Assembly: GCA_037130265.1 (NCBI GenBank)
Contig: JBAXTI010000001.1
Span: 98,092 to 162,091 of the forward strand
DNA: 64,000 nucleotides
Source of the DNA: a bacterium
GTDB taxonomy: Bacteria; Patescibacteriota; Minisyncoccia; Phycocordibacterales; JBBTRF01
Reading direction: 5' to 3'
Part shown: piece by piece, positions 1-8,591 of the stretch
Layout: the number at the start of each line of letters is the position of its first letter
Numbering within the stretch: position 1 is the first letter of the stretch
The notes under the pieces: generated by a model
Seen by the model: the letters and a program-made list of their open reading frames with translations, nothing else
Database searches by the model: none
What the model was told of the DNA's origin: nothing
Made by a program: the position numbers and the translations under genes

Positions 1-1
1 C

Positions 2-1060
2 GGCCGTATCGTGCGCCTCCAGGCGAATGAGCGAGAAGAGGTGAAGAAGGTGTATGCCGGAGAAATCGCCGCTGCGGTGGGTCTCAAGGATGCGCTTACC
101 TCACACACTTTCTGTGACGAAGAGCAGCCGGTTATTCTCGAAGCAATCAAGTTTATGGAGCCGGTGGTCTCTCTTCGTGTAGAGCCAAAGACCAAAGCCG
201 ATCAGGAAAAGATGGGCATGGCTTTGAAGAAACTCGGAAACGAAGACCCAACCTTCAAGATTAGTTCCAACTCAGAGACTGGTGAAACCATTATTTCAGG
301 TATGGGAGAACTTCACTTGGAAATCATGGTGGACCGTATGAAGCGTGAATTCGGTGTCGAAGCGAACGTTGGCAAGCCTCAGGTAGCATACCGAGAGACC
401 ATTCAGGGTGAGGCAGAGGCAGAAGAGAAGTACATCAAGCAGACCGGAGGAAAGGGTCAGTACGGTCACGTGATCATCACACTCCGACCAATGAAGCCAT
501 TGGAAGAGGGGGAGAAGGTGAAGAAGAATGTCAGCCGATTCGCCGACTTCGAATTTATCAACTCAATCAAGGGAGGTGCGATTCCAGGAGAATTCATCCC
601 TGCGGTGGAGAAGGGTGTACACGAGGCGATGGACCGAGGTGTTATCGCCGGATACCGAATGGTGAATGTGTCTTGTGAATTGACGTTCGGTAGCTACCAC
701 GATGTGGACTCATCAGAAATCGCGTACAAGATCGCTGGTTCATTGGCTTTCCAGAGCGCATCAAAGCGTGCGAAGCCGGTGATTCTCGAGCCGATCATGA
801 AGGTGGAGGTATTGTTCCCAGAGAAGTTTATGGGTGATATCACTGGTAGCATCTCTTCAAAGCGAGGTACTATCGAGGAAATGACTGAGCGAGGCCAGGC
901 GAAGGTGATGCATGCCAAGGTACCGTTGTCCGAAATGTTCGGTTACACCACCCAGCTCCGATCTATGACCTCAGGACAGGGTTCTGCAACCATGGAATTC
1001 GATCATTACGCGCCGGTGCCGAAGTTTGTGGAGCAGCAGATTATTGAGGCTCGTAAATAA
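2..1060 (+). CDS. fusA: Elongation factor G, C-terminal part (5' end outside window)
   Basis: Translation ([33 protein letters not shown]... domains III-V) is unmistakably EF-G; ORF is open to the window edge, stop TAA at 1058-1060. Confidence 0.95.
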   Translation, partial: GRIVRLQANEREEVKKVYAGEIAAAVGLKDALTSHTFCDEEQPVILEAIKFMEPVVSLRVEPKTKADQEKMGMALKKLGNEDPTFKISSNSETGETIISGMGELHLEIMVDRMKREFGVEANVGKPQVAYRETIQGEAEAEEKYIKQTGGKGQYGHVIITLRPMKPLEEGEKVKKNVSRFADFEFINSIKGGAIPGEFIPAVEKGVHEAMDRGVIAGYRMVNVSCELTFGSYHDVDSSEIAYKIAGSLAFQSASKRAKPVILEPIMKVEVLFPEKFMGDITGSISSKRGTIEEMTERGQAKVMHAKVPLSEMFGYTTQLRSMTSGQGSATMEFDHYAPVPKFVEQQIIEARK

Positions 1061-1168
1061 GGAAATACAAAACACCCTTCTTGGGGTACGCGTAAAAGCT
1101 TGCTAGCTTTTCGCTCCGGCTCGGCCCGACGGCCTCCGCAGTCCCCAAGAAGGGTGTTTTGTATTTCC
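1061..1168 (+). repeat. 26-bp perfect inverted repeat (1061-1086 / 1143-1168) enclosing a conserved 64-nt structured element (copy A, 1083-1146)
   Basis: ggaaatacaaaacacccttcttgggg ... ccccaagaagggtgttttgtatttcc is a perfect palindrome. The enclosed core aligns with 15627-15690, with compensatory changes in two hairpins. Confidence 0.75.
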
Positions 1169-1244
1169 TGAATCACGAAACTCAACTCGCATTCCCTCAC
1201 AAAAGGTGTTTTTGTTTTCTTACACATCCCGATCAATTTCAAGG

Positions 1245-1277
1245 TCAAAAAGAAAACCCCGCGGTTGGGCCGCGGGG
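1245..1277 (-). terminator. Rho-independent terminator of the minus-strand 142-aa gene
   Basis: ccccgcgg-ttgg-ccgcgggg hairpin; A-run on the plus strand is a U-tract on the minus strand. Confidence 0.6.
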
Positions 1278-1318
1278 TGGTAAAATCTCTGGTTCGGAAT
1301 CCCATTGGTTTCCATATG

Positions 1319-1747
1319 TCAGTCCGTATAAACGGGTCTTTTTATCTTCCGATCGAAACCAGTCAAGACGTAGACCTCGGGAGTTGCCAGGATGAACAAT
1401 CCATCTCCGTCGTCATCAATCCAGCCTTCGATCAGTTGACCGTCGTGCTCTGGCCAGCCACTGATGACCCGTGCGCCGAAACAGTAGTGGTCCGGGGCAG
1501 TCGGCATGTATTTGATAGCAAAGGCTAGGACCTTGATATCAGCGTCTGCGGGTGCTATTTCCGACCGGTTGAGGTAGTGGATACTGGCGATTTTGAGCCG
1601 GAAAGGCTCTTTTTTATATTGGAAATCCACCATATCATCGATTATCGGCCCCGATACGAAGCGAAAGTGGCAGACCTCGGGGTAGAGACCGTTCTCGACC
1701 GCGCGGACGGTTAGATACATAGAAGGCGGGTTCCTTTCTGGATTCAA
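1319..1747 (-). CDS. Hypothetical protein (142 aa) inserted between fusA and tuf
   Basis: Clean ORF with its own terminator; protein-like composition (acidic DDDGDG patch); no family recognised by eye. Confidence 0.55.
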   Translation of the reverse strand: MNPERNPPSMYLTVRAVENGLYPEVCHFRFVSGPIIDDMVDFQYKKEPFRLKIASIHYLNRSEIAPADADIKVLAFAIKYMPTAPDHYCFGARVISGWPEHDGQLIEGWIDDDGDGLFILATPEVYVLTGFDRKIKRPVYTD

Positions 1748-1943
1748 AGTGTTGCTTATTCAAATCCGCTCTAAAGCCTATTCTTTTGAGGGGTGGGTGT
1801 CAATGAGGCTGGTTCATGTTTCGACACCTCGCACTCAATTCCTTTATCAAAAATTAGGCTTTTCTTGAATCATTCTTAGTGATTTCTTTATCACCCTTTT
1901 GATATGCTTTCTTAGTCTGCCTTGTCGACGGCAGACTTGGTTG

Positions 1944-1973
1944 ACACAAGTTTATCTTAAGATAAACTTGTGT
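1944..1973 (+). promoter_or_regulatory. Perfect 30-bp palindrome (acacaagtttatctt|aagataaacttgtgt) overlapping a ttgaca -35-like hexamer and the antitoxin start: candidate TA autoregulatory operator
   Basis: 15+15 nt perfect inverted repeat ending 2 nt before the ATG (1976) of the Phd-like antitoxin gene. Confidence 0.6.
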
Positions 1974-1975
1974 AT

Positions 1976-2224
1976 ATGAAAACCAACATTATCGGCCTTA
2001 AAGAGCTGCGGGAGAATATGGAAAAATATATCTCAGAAGTAGAAAAAGGGCGGTCTTTTGTGGTAGTGAAAAAGTCGAAACCCGCTTTCAAAATGGTGCC
2101 TGTCGACGAGTGGGGGGACGAGGGAGTATGGAAGACCCTGGTCGATTTTACCGAAATTGATCCAAATGGGGTGCGTATCGAAGAAGTAATCGCCTCGCTG
2201 AAACGTCTCGATGCACAAAATTGA
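1976..2224 (+). CDS. Type II antitoxin, Phd/YefM family
   Basis: Small acidic protein MKTNIIGLKELRENMEKYISEVEKGRSFVV..KSKPAFKMVPVDEW matches the Phd/YefM fold pattern; overlaps the downstream toxin by 14 nt. GTG at 1970 is an alternative start. Confidence 0.75.
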   Translation: MKTNIIGLKELRENMEKYISEVEKGRSFVVVKKSKPAFKMVPVDEWGDEGVWKTLVDFTEIDPNGVRIEEVIASLKRLDAQN

Positions 2225-2450
2225 TAAATTCCTCGCCAAGCTGGAAGAAAAGCAAAGAGAGCGGATCCTGTTAATCATCACACGGATCAAAGCACACGAT
2301 TTTACCGGTCTCGACCTCAAAAAGCTCAAAGGAGGCTTTGATATCTATAGAGTACGTTCTGGGCAATACAGGATCCTCTTTCACCTGACAAAGGACGGCA
2401 TCTTTCTTCTCGATGTCACCAGCCGCGACGACACCACCTACCATCTATAG
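2211..2450 (+). CDS. Type II toxin, RelE/ParE superfamily
   Basis: 79 aa; motif GGFDIYRVRSGQYRILFHLTKDGIFLLDV is typical of the RelE/ParE (plasmid stabilisation) core; overlaps the antitoxin gene. Confidence 0.75.
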   Translation: MHKIDKFLAKLEEKQRERILLIITRIKAHDFTGLDLKKLKGGFDIYRVRSGQYRILFHLTKDGIFLLDVTSRDDTTYHL

Positions 2451-2775
2451 AGTGATGGGTATAGTAATATAGAGTGTAATCATTCAACCCTGCCGCCGCC
2501 ACTGACGAAGACCTCTCGCAGGCGCGACGGCGCCGAGAGGAGCCGAAATTTCAGTAGAAATTTACGGCGTGTCTGAGGCAGTGGCGGCAAGGTTGACTTT
2601 ATTGCTCAATTTGTTACTATACCCATTGTCGCATTTTTTGCGTCTTTGGCCGTTTCGAATCAAAAGAAACGTCCTGGTATTAACTCGATTTATTATCATT
2701 AATTTTTGTTCTTAAGTTACAAGGCTCAGCCACTCTCGCGCGTTGAGCTTTGAGAATTAGGGACTCATTAAATAT

Positions 2776-3972
2776 ATGGCAGAAGTATTCGATCGATCAA
2801 AGCCTCACGTTAACGTCGGTACTATTGGTCACGTCGACCACGGCAAGACTACTCTTACCGCGGCTCTTACCGTTGTGCAGTCAAAGAAAGGTCTCGCGAC
2901 CCCAATTGCGTACGACCAGGTAGCAAAGGCGTCTGAGAAGGATGGACGACGAGATCCTTCAAAGATCATTACCATTGCGATTTCACACGTTGAGTACTCA
3001 ACTGTGGCTCGACACTACGCTCACGTCGACTGTCCAGGTCACGCTGACTACGTCAAGAACATGATTACTGGTGCCGCTCAGATGGACGGCGCTATTCTCG
3101 TGGTATCTGCTGTAGACGGACCAATGCCACAGACTCGAGAGCACATTCTCCTCGCAAAGCAGGTGGGTGTTCCAAAGCTTGTTGTATTTTTGAACAAGTG
3201 TGACATGGTAGATGACAAGGATATGCTTGACCTCGTTGAGGCCGAGATCCGAGATTTGATGGACAAGTATGGATTTGACGGAAAGGGAACCCCAGTGATC
3301 CGAGGTTCAGCGCTCAAGGCGATCGAAGGCGACCCAGTATGGGTAGCAAAGATTGATGAGCTTTTGAATGCGCTCGACACCTACATCCCTATGCCAGTGC
3401 GTGAGATCGACAAGCCATTCTTGATGCCTATCGAAGACATCTTCTCTATTGAAGGACGAGGAACCGTGGTTACTGGCCGAATCGAGCGAGGAATCGCAAA
3501 GGTTGGCGAGGAAGTTGAAATCATTGGTCTTAAGCCGACTGCAAAGTCTACTATCACCGGTATCGAAATGTTCAACAAGCAGTTGAACGAAGGTATGGCA
3601 GGTGACAACGCGGGTGTCCTCCTCCGAGGTACTCGAAAGGAAGACGTAACCCGAGGTCAGGTACTTGCAAAGCCAGGTACTACCACTCCTCACACTGATT
3701 TCGAAGGAGAAATCTACGTTCTCAAGAAGGAAGAAGGTGGCCGACACACTCCATTCTTCAATGGTTACAAGCCACAGTTCTACATCCGAACCACAGACGT
3801 CACCGGTGAGGTAACCCTCGCTGCTGGTACTGAAATGGTTATGCCAGGAGACACTGTAAAGTTCATCGTTAAGCTCGTAGCGCCTATTGCGCTCGAAGAG
3901 AAGATGCGATTTGCAGTTCGAGAAGGCGGACGAACCGTAGGTGCGGGTGTGGTCACTAAGATCACTAAGTAA
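2776..3972 (+). CDS. tuf: Elongation factor Tu
   Basis: [32 protein letters not shown]-motifs; full length 398 aa. Confidence 0.98.
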   Translation: MAEVFDRSKPHVNVGTIGHVDHGKTTLTAALTVVQSKKGLATPIAYDQVAKASEKDGRRDPSKIITIAISHVEYSTVARHYAHVDCPGHADYVKNMITGAAQMDGAILVVSAVDGPMPQTREHILLAKQVGVPKLVVFLNKCDMVDDKDMLDLVEAEIRDLMDKYGFDGKGTPVIRGSALKAIEGDPVWVAKIDELLNALDTYIPMPVREIDKPFLMPIEDIFSIEGRGTVVTGRIERGIAKVGEEVEIIGLKPTAKSTITGIEMFNKQLNEGMAGDNAGVLLRGTRKEDVTRGQVLAKPGTTTPHTDFEGEIYVLKKEEGGRHTPFFNGYKPQFYIRTTDVTGEVTLAAGTEMVMPGDTVKFIVKLVAPIALEEKMRFAVREGGRTVGAGVVTKITK

Positions 3973-4016
3973 GTCGCCGGCTCCGCGATTCATTCAAGAG
4001 GAGCCACATACTCACC

Positions 4017-4382
4017 ATGACCACAAAAGAAACAAAGAAATCTGACAAGGCCAAGACACACAAGGGCCAGGAGGTGAGCCACAAGCTCCGCATTCGTGTG
4101 CGAGCGTACGAGCACAAGATCCTCGATGCTTCTGTGAAGCAGATCATGGATACAGCGCTTCGATACGATGCCACCATCCTCGGACCGATCCCACTTCCTA
4201 CAGAAATCAAGAAGTACACTGTAAATCGAGCAGCCTTTGTCTACAAAGATGCACGAGAGCAGTTTGAGATGCGAGTTCACAAGCGATTGGTAGACATTGT
4301 GAATCCAAATCCAAAGACAATTGAGGCTCTCACCAACCTGAGTCTGCCTTCAGGAGTCAACATCGACGTAAAGATGATCTAA
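4017..4382 (+). CDS. rpsJ: 30S ribosomal protein S10
   Basis: [13 protein letters not shown]...NIDVKMI; canonical position after tuf. Confidence 0.93.
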   Translation: MTTKETKKSDKAKTHKGQEVSHKLRIRVRAYEHKILDASVKQIMDTALRYDATILGPIPLPTEIKKYTVNRAAFVYKDAREQFEMRVHKRLVDIVNPNPKTIEALTNLSLPSGVNIDVKMI

Positions 4383-4422
4383 TCCACCCATAATCCACTT
4401 ATAACCGCCTCACCTAACCCAC

Positions 4423-5037
4423 ATGAAATTCATTATCGGAACAAAACTGAATATGACCCAGGTCTTCGACCAAGAGGGAAATGTTCACCCAGTGACCATC
4501 CTCAAGGCTGGTCCGGTGACCGTCACTCAGGTCAAAGAATCTGCGAAGGATGGCTATTCAGCTGTTCAGATTGGATTTGGCGAGATTCGCGAGAAGCTCG
4601 TTTCGAAGCCTCAGCAGGGACACACCAAGGCGCTCGGTCTTTTCCGAACGTTCAAGGAATTTCGAGTTATTGCTCCTTCTCATAAAGTTGGCGACAAATA
4701 CGATGTATCTCTCTTCAGTGAGGGCGACGACGTGACCGTCTCTTCTATCAGTAAGGGTAAGGGTTTCCAGGGTGCGGTGAAGCGACACGGCTTCAAGGGA
4801 GGTTCCCGAACTCACGGTCAGAAGCACTCTGAGCGAGAAGTAGGTACTATCTCTGGTGCAGGACGAGCCGGCGGCCGTGTAGCTCCAGGTATGCGAATGC
4901 CTGGACGAATGGGTGGTGATCGTGTTACTGTCAAGAACCTCAAGATCGTGCAGATCAACCAAGCAGAGAACCTCATCCTCGTTTCTGGAGCAATTCCAGG
5001 CCGAAGGGGTACTTTGGTAGAAGTGATGGCACAGTAA
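4423..5037 (+). CDS. rplC: 50S ribosomal protein L3
   Basis: GTKLNMTQVFDQEGNVHPVTIL...GFQGAVKRHGFKGG; operon order. Confidence 0.93.
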   Translation: MKFIIGTKLNMTQVFDQEGNVHPVTILKAGPVTVTQVKESAKDGYSAVQIGFGEIREKLVSKPQQGHTKALGLFRTFKEFRVIAPSHKVGDKYDVSLFSEGDDVTVSSISKGKGFQGAVKRHGFKGGSRTHGQKHSEREVGTISGAGRAGGRVAPGMRMPGRMGGDRVTVKNLKIVQINQAENLILVSGAIPGRRGTLVEVMAQ

Positions 5038-5058
5038 TCCTGAAATAATCCCGAACAC

Positions 5059-5820
5059 ATGAACACTCTAGAAGCAAAAATCTATACTCAGGACGGCAAG
5101 GCTGCTGGCGCTTTCGAGCTCCCAGAGAATGTCTTTGGTCTGTCTTGGAATGCCGACTTGGTACATCAGGTGATGACATCAATGTTGACTTCAAAGCGCA
5201 ACCCAGTTGCTCACACTCAGACTCGAGGTGATGTCCGAGGAGGCGGTAAGAAGCCATGGCAGCAGAAGGGTACCGGTCGTGCTCGACACGGTTCTATCCG
5301 ATCACCATTGTGGCCAGGTGGAGGTGTGTCTCACGGTCCTCGAAACGACAAGAACTTCGACCGAAAGATCAACCAGAAGATGAAGGCGAAGGCGCTCTTC
5401 ACCTTGCTCTCAAAGAAAATGCGAGATGGCGAAGTATTGTTCGTTGAGTCTATTACTCTCAAGGAGGCAAAGACTAAGCAGGCGAAGTCTCTCATTGCTG
5501 CACTCGCAGGGGTGAAGGGCTACGAAATGCTCGCTACCAAGAAGAACAACACCGCCTTCATTGCAATGTCTGCAAAGAGCGCTTCAGTAGACCGAAGCTT
5601 CGGCAACATGAGCAATATTTCAGTCAATGAAGTACGAAACCTCAATGTTCTGGACCTCATGAAGTACAAGTTTGTTGTTATAGAGAATCCAAAGAGCAGC
5701 GTCAGTTCTCTCGAAAGCCGACTTCCTGCACGAACCGCAGCGAGCGCACCTAAGGTGTTTGTGAAGAAGGAGGTAGCAAAGAAGGCGCCAAAGGCAGCCG
5801 TTAAGACTTCAAAGAAATAA
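5059..5820 (+). CDS. rplD: 50S ribosomal protein L4 (with Lys/Ala-rich C-terminal extension)
   Basis: GGGKKPWQQKGTGRARHGSIRSPLWPGGGVSHGPR motif. Confidence 0.93.
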   Translation: MNTLEAKIYTQDGKAAGAFELPENVFGLSWNADLVHQVMTSMLTSKRNPVAHTQTRGDVRGGGKKPWQQKGTGRARHGSIRSPLWPGGGVSHGPRNDKNFDRKINQKMKAKALFTLLSKKMRDGEVLFVESITLKEAKTKQAKSLIAALAGVKGYEMLATKKNNTAFIAMSAKSASVDRSFGNMSNISVNEVRNLNVLDLMKYKFVVIENPKSSVSSLESRLPARTAASAPKVFVKKEVAKKAPKAAVKTSKK

Positions 5821-5821
5821 C

Positions 5822-6118
5822 ATGACTACTATTACCGTAAAACAAGACCCAGTATCTGTCATCCTCGGTCCACGTATCACCGAGAAGGCGGCCCGCTTGG
5901 CCGAGAAGAAGGTCTACACCTTCAACGTGACCCAGAGTGCCAACGTCGCTTCTATTAAGGCGGCGATCAAGACCTTGTACAAAGTGAGCCCAATCGACGT
6001 GAAGATCCTCGCGGTGCCTTCAAAGCGATCATTTGTCCGAGGTAAGGCTGGCGTCAAGCAGGGTGGTAAGAAGGCCTATGTTACCCTCGGCAAGAAGGAG
6101 ACCATTGAATTTGTATAA
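5822..6118 (+). CDS. rplW: 50S ribosomal protein L23
   Basis: Position and sequence (ILGPRITEKAARL...) fit L23; ATG overlaps the rplD stop. Confidence 0.9.
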   Translation: MTTITVKQDPVSVILGPRITEKAARLAEKKVYTFNVTQSANVASIKAAIKTLYKVSPIDVKILAVPSKRSFVRGKAGVKQGGKKAYVTLGKKETIEFV

Positions 6119-6157
6119 TCGTCGCACCATCCCCACCAAATACCACCAAACACTCCA

Positions 6158-7006
6158 ATGAAACACTATAAACCATTCACAAAGTCTCGCCGAGGTATGA
6201 CCACTGTGTCATACAGCGAACACTTGACCACAGACACTCCTCACAAGGCGCTCGTCTCTGGATTCAAGCATCGAGTTGGTCGCAACTCTGACGGTCGCAT
6301 CACTGTGCGACACAAGGGAGGTGGACACAAGCGACTCTATCGACATGTCGACTTCGTCTTCGATAAGAAAGACATTCCAGCTATCGTACAGACCATTGAG
6401 TACGATCCAAACCGAACTGGTTTCATTGCGCTCGTGTGTTACAAGGATGGTGAGAAGCGATACATCCTTTCTCCAAAGGATCTCAAGGTAGGGGACAGCA
6501 TTATCGTGTCTGAGAAGGCAGAGCTCAAGGTGGGCAATCGTACCCTTTTGAAGAATATTCCTGTAGGTGCATTCGTGCACAGTGTGTCTATCCAGCCAAG
6601 CGGTGTCGCTCAGCTCGGACGATCAGCGGGTAACTTTATCCAGGTGATTGCACAGGACGCTGGCATGACTCACCTCAAGATGCCTTCTACAGAAGTGCGA
6701 AAGGTGCTCGACACCGCTTGGGGCTCTATTGGTACTGTTTCAAATGATGAAAATTGGCTCGTGAACATTGGTAAGGCAGGACGATCTCGTTGGATGGGTA
6801 TCCGACCGACTGTCCGAGGTATGGTGATGAACCCAGTAGACCACCCATACGGAGGAGGAGAAGGTAAGCAGGGCCGAGGTCTCCGCCGAGCGAAGACTAT
6901 GTGGGGTAAGCCTTCAGGTAAGGGTCAGAAGACTCGAACTCCGAAGCGATACTCAAATCAGTTTATCGTCTCTCGACGAAAGGTTGGAAAGAAGAAGGAG
7001 GCTTAA
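6158..7006 (+). CDS. rplB: 50S ribosomal protein L2
   Basis: GRNSDGRITVRHKGGGHKRLYR, MNPVDHPYGGGEGK motifs. Confidence 0.95.
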   Translation: MKHYKPFTKSRRGMTTVSYSEHLTTDTPHKALVSGFKHRVGRNSDGRITVRHKGGGHKRLYRHVDFVFDKKDIPAIVQTIEYDPNRTGFIALVCYKDGEKRYILSPKDLKVGDSIIVSEKAELKVGNRTLLKNIPVGAFVHSVSIQPSGVAQLGRSAGNFIQVIAQDAGMTHLKMPSTEVRKVLDTAWGSIGTVSNDENWLVNIGKAGRSRWMGIRPTVRGMVMNPVDHPYGGGEGKQGRGLRRAKTMWGKPSGKGQKTRTPKRYSNQFIVSRRKVGKKKEA

Positions 7007-7007
7007 A

Positions 7008-7049
7008 AGCCAAAAGAAAAATCCCCGAGAGGGGTTTTTTCTTTTGGCT
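7008..7049 (+). terminator. Rho-independent terminator after rplB, interrupting the S10 operon
   Basis: Nested hairpin agccaaaag..cccc-gaga-gggg-tttttt..cttttggct. Confidence 0.7.
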
Positions 7050-7095
7050 ACATAGCTCGGGCGTTTACACTTCGTAACTTTCCATATCTAGCGTA

Positions 7096-7123
7096 TTGAC
7101 AAAGTAATGACATCGTCTATACT
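7096..7123 (+). promoter_or_regulatory. Sigma70-like promoter for the dinJ-yafQ pair (ttgaca-17-tatact)
   Basis: ttgaca at 7096-7101, tatact at about 7118-7123, followed by a GAGGG RBS and ATG 7130. Confidence 0.55.
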
Positions 7124-7129
7124 AGAGGG

Positions 7130-7399
7130 ATGAATACTACCATTCAACTTCGTATCGATAAGGCGACCAAAGTAAGCGCTCAAAAGGTGCTTGCCGAGCT
7201 TGGCTTGGACATGTCTTCCGCCATGAAGCTCTTTCTCCGCACGGTGTCACGGACCAAATCGATTCCTTTCGAAATCCGCACGGTAAATGGCTTTACTCCT
7301 GCCCAGGAGGCGCGAATGCTCAAAGAGATTGCTTGGACCGAGAAGTATGGAAAAGGATACAAGACCGCTGAAGAATTAACAAAACACCTGCTCTCGTAA
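7130..7399 (+). CDS. dinJ: Type II antitoxin, RelB/DinJ family
   Basis: MNTTIQLRIDKATKVSAQKVLAELGLDMSSAMKLFLRTVSRTKSIPFEI matches the DinJ ribbon-helix-helix N-terminus (RIDEDLK..A..VL...GL..S.....L..V..E..LPF). Confidence 0.8.
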   Translation: MNTTIQLRIDKATKVSAQKVLAELGLDMSSAMKLFLRTVSRTKSIPFEIRTVNGFTPAQEARMLKEIAWTEKYGKGYKTAEELTKHLLS

Positions 7400-7402
7400 G
7401 TA

Positions 7403-7681
7403 ATGCTTGAAATAAGAGAGACGAAACAATTTAAAAAGCAATTCAAACGAGTTGCCCGATCGGGCGATTTCGATATGAGACTGTTCCATGCAGTGCTTAA
7501 TGTGTTGGCAAGAGGCGAATCTCTTGATGAAAAGTATCGAGATCACCAGCTTTCCGGTGACATGAAGGAGGCTCGAGAATGTCATCTAAAAGGTGATTTG
7601 TTGTTGGTGTATAAGATAAGAAAGGAAATTCTCGTTTTATCCCTTGTCGGCATTGGTAGCCACTCTGAACTCTTCGACTAA
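7403..7681 (+). CDS. yafQ: Type II toxin, YafQ family mRNA interferase
   Basis: YRDHQLSGDMKEARECHLKGDLLLVYKI...GSHSELF aligns with the YafQ core (YKDHPLQGSWKGYRDAHVEPDWILIYK...GTHAALF). Confidence 0.85.
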   Translation: MLEIRETKQFKKQFKRVARSGDFDMRLFHAVLNVLARGESLDEKYRDHQLSGDMKEARECHLKGDLLLVYKIRKEILVLSLVGIGSHSELFD

Positions 7682-7784
7682 ATGACGCCCAACAACAAGC
7701 ATTCTATTCTTTTTGCACCCTCCTTTCTGGGCCAGCAGGAGAGTTGAGTTGACTTTATTTCTGCTTCTGCTAAGATACTAAGCC

Positions 7785-8156
7785 ATGGCTCAGGTGAGCT
7801 ATTTTCATTCATACATGACACGATCACTCGCAAAAGGACCATACGTCGCGGAGATTCTTCTCAAGAAGATCGCCGGCAAGAAGCCAGAACAAGCTGGTGT
7901 TATTAAGACCTGGGCTCGAGACAGCCAGATCTCTCCTGAAATGGTGGGATATAAGTTTGGCGTTCACAATGGTAAGGATCATATTGAAGTACTTGTCACC
8001 GAGGAAATGGTAGGTCACCGCCTCGGTGAATTTGCGCTTACCCGAAAGTTTGTACGACACGGAGGTAAGATGCAGAAGGAGCTTGAAGCCAAGAAGAAGG
8101 AGGCTGAGATCGCAGCTGCCCAGACCGCAAAGGCTACCGTGGCAGAAAAGAAATAA
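7785..8156 (+). CDS. rpsS: 30S ribosomal protein S19 (true start may be ATG 7815; Ala/Lys-rich C-terminal tail)
   Basis: [18 protein letters not shown]...[13 protein letters not shown]. Confidence 0.92.
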   Translation: MAQVSYFHSYMTRSLAKGPYVAEILLKKIAGKKPEQAGVIKTWARDSQISPEMVGYKFGVHNGKDHIEVLVTEEMVGHRLGEFALTRKFVRHGGKMQKELEAKKKEAEIAAAQTAKATVAEKK

Positions 8157-8182
8157 TCCTCTATCATTTTATTATTACTCCA

Positions 8183-8587
8183 ATGGTTACCGCATCACTC
8201 AACGATTATCGACAAGCACCACGAAAGGTTCGCCTTGTTGCAAACCTCGTAAAGGGCAAGAAAGTAGGGGATGCGATGAACATGCTCAACTTCCTCGTGA
8301 AGGAGGCTTCTGGTCCAATGAAGAAGCTCATTGCTTCAGCTGTGGCAAATGCCAAGACAAATTTCAATCTCTCTTCTGAAAACCTTTTCATCAAAAGCAT
8401 AGAGGTCAATGGTGGTACCATCATGAAGCGCAGTATGCCTCGAGCTCGCGGTAGTGCCTTTCCGATCCACAAGCACTCAAGTCACGTCACTTTGGTATTG
8501 GATGTCATGGTAGAGAAGCCAAAGAAGGCCGCAAAGGTAGCGAGTGCAGCAAAGGCGGCTCCAAAAACTAATAAAGACACCAAATAA
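8183..8587 (+). CDS. rplV: 50S ribosomal protein L22 (KPKKAAK C-terminal tail)
   Basis: APRKVRLVANLVKGKKVGDAMNMLNF...MPRARGSAFPIHKHSSHVT. Confidence 0.93.
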   Translation: MVTASLNDYRQAPRKVRLVANLVKGKKVGDAMNMLNFLVKEASGPMKKLIASAVANAKTNFNLSSENLFIKSIEVNGGTIMKRSMPRARGSAFPIHKHSSHVTLVLDVMVEKPKKAAKVASAAKAAPKTNKDTK

Positions 8588-8591
8588 TCAC

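Noticed and set aside
3307-3993. 228-aa minus-strand ORF (and other antisense ORFs 3078-3380, 3381-3608)
   Set aside because: Lie entirely antisense within tuf; EF-Tu coding on the plus strand is unambiguous.
8544-8591. N-terminal 16 codons of the ORF-track S3 call (MQQRRLQKLIKTPNNH)
   Set aside because: Overlaps the rplV coding end in another frame; S3 orthologs begin at the MSHVVHPYAHRLG motif, so the start was moved to 8592. The same logic was applied to rplX (10699), rpsZ (11619), rpsE (13121), map (16417), ftsH (35431), ung (41361), pilM (45646) and the pilins.
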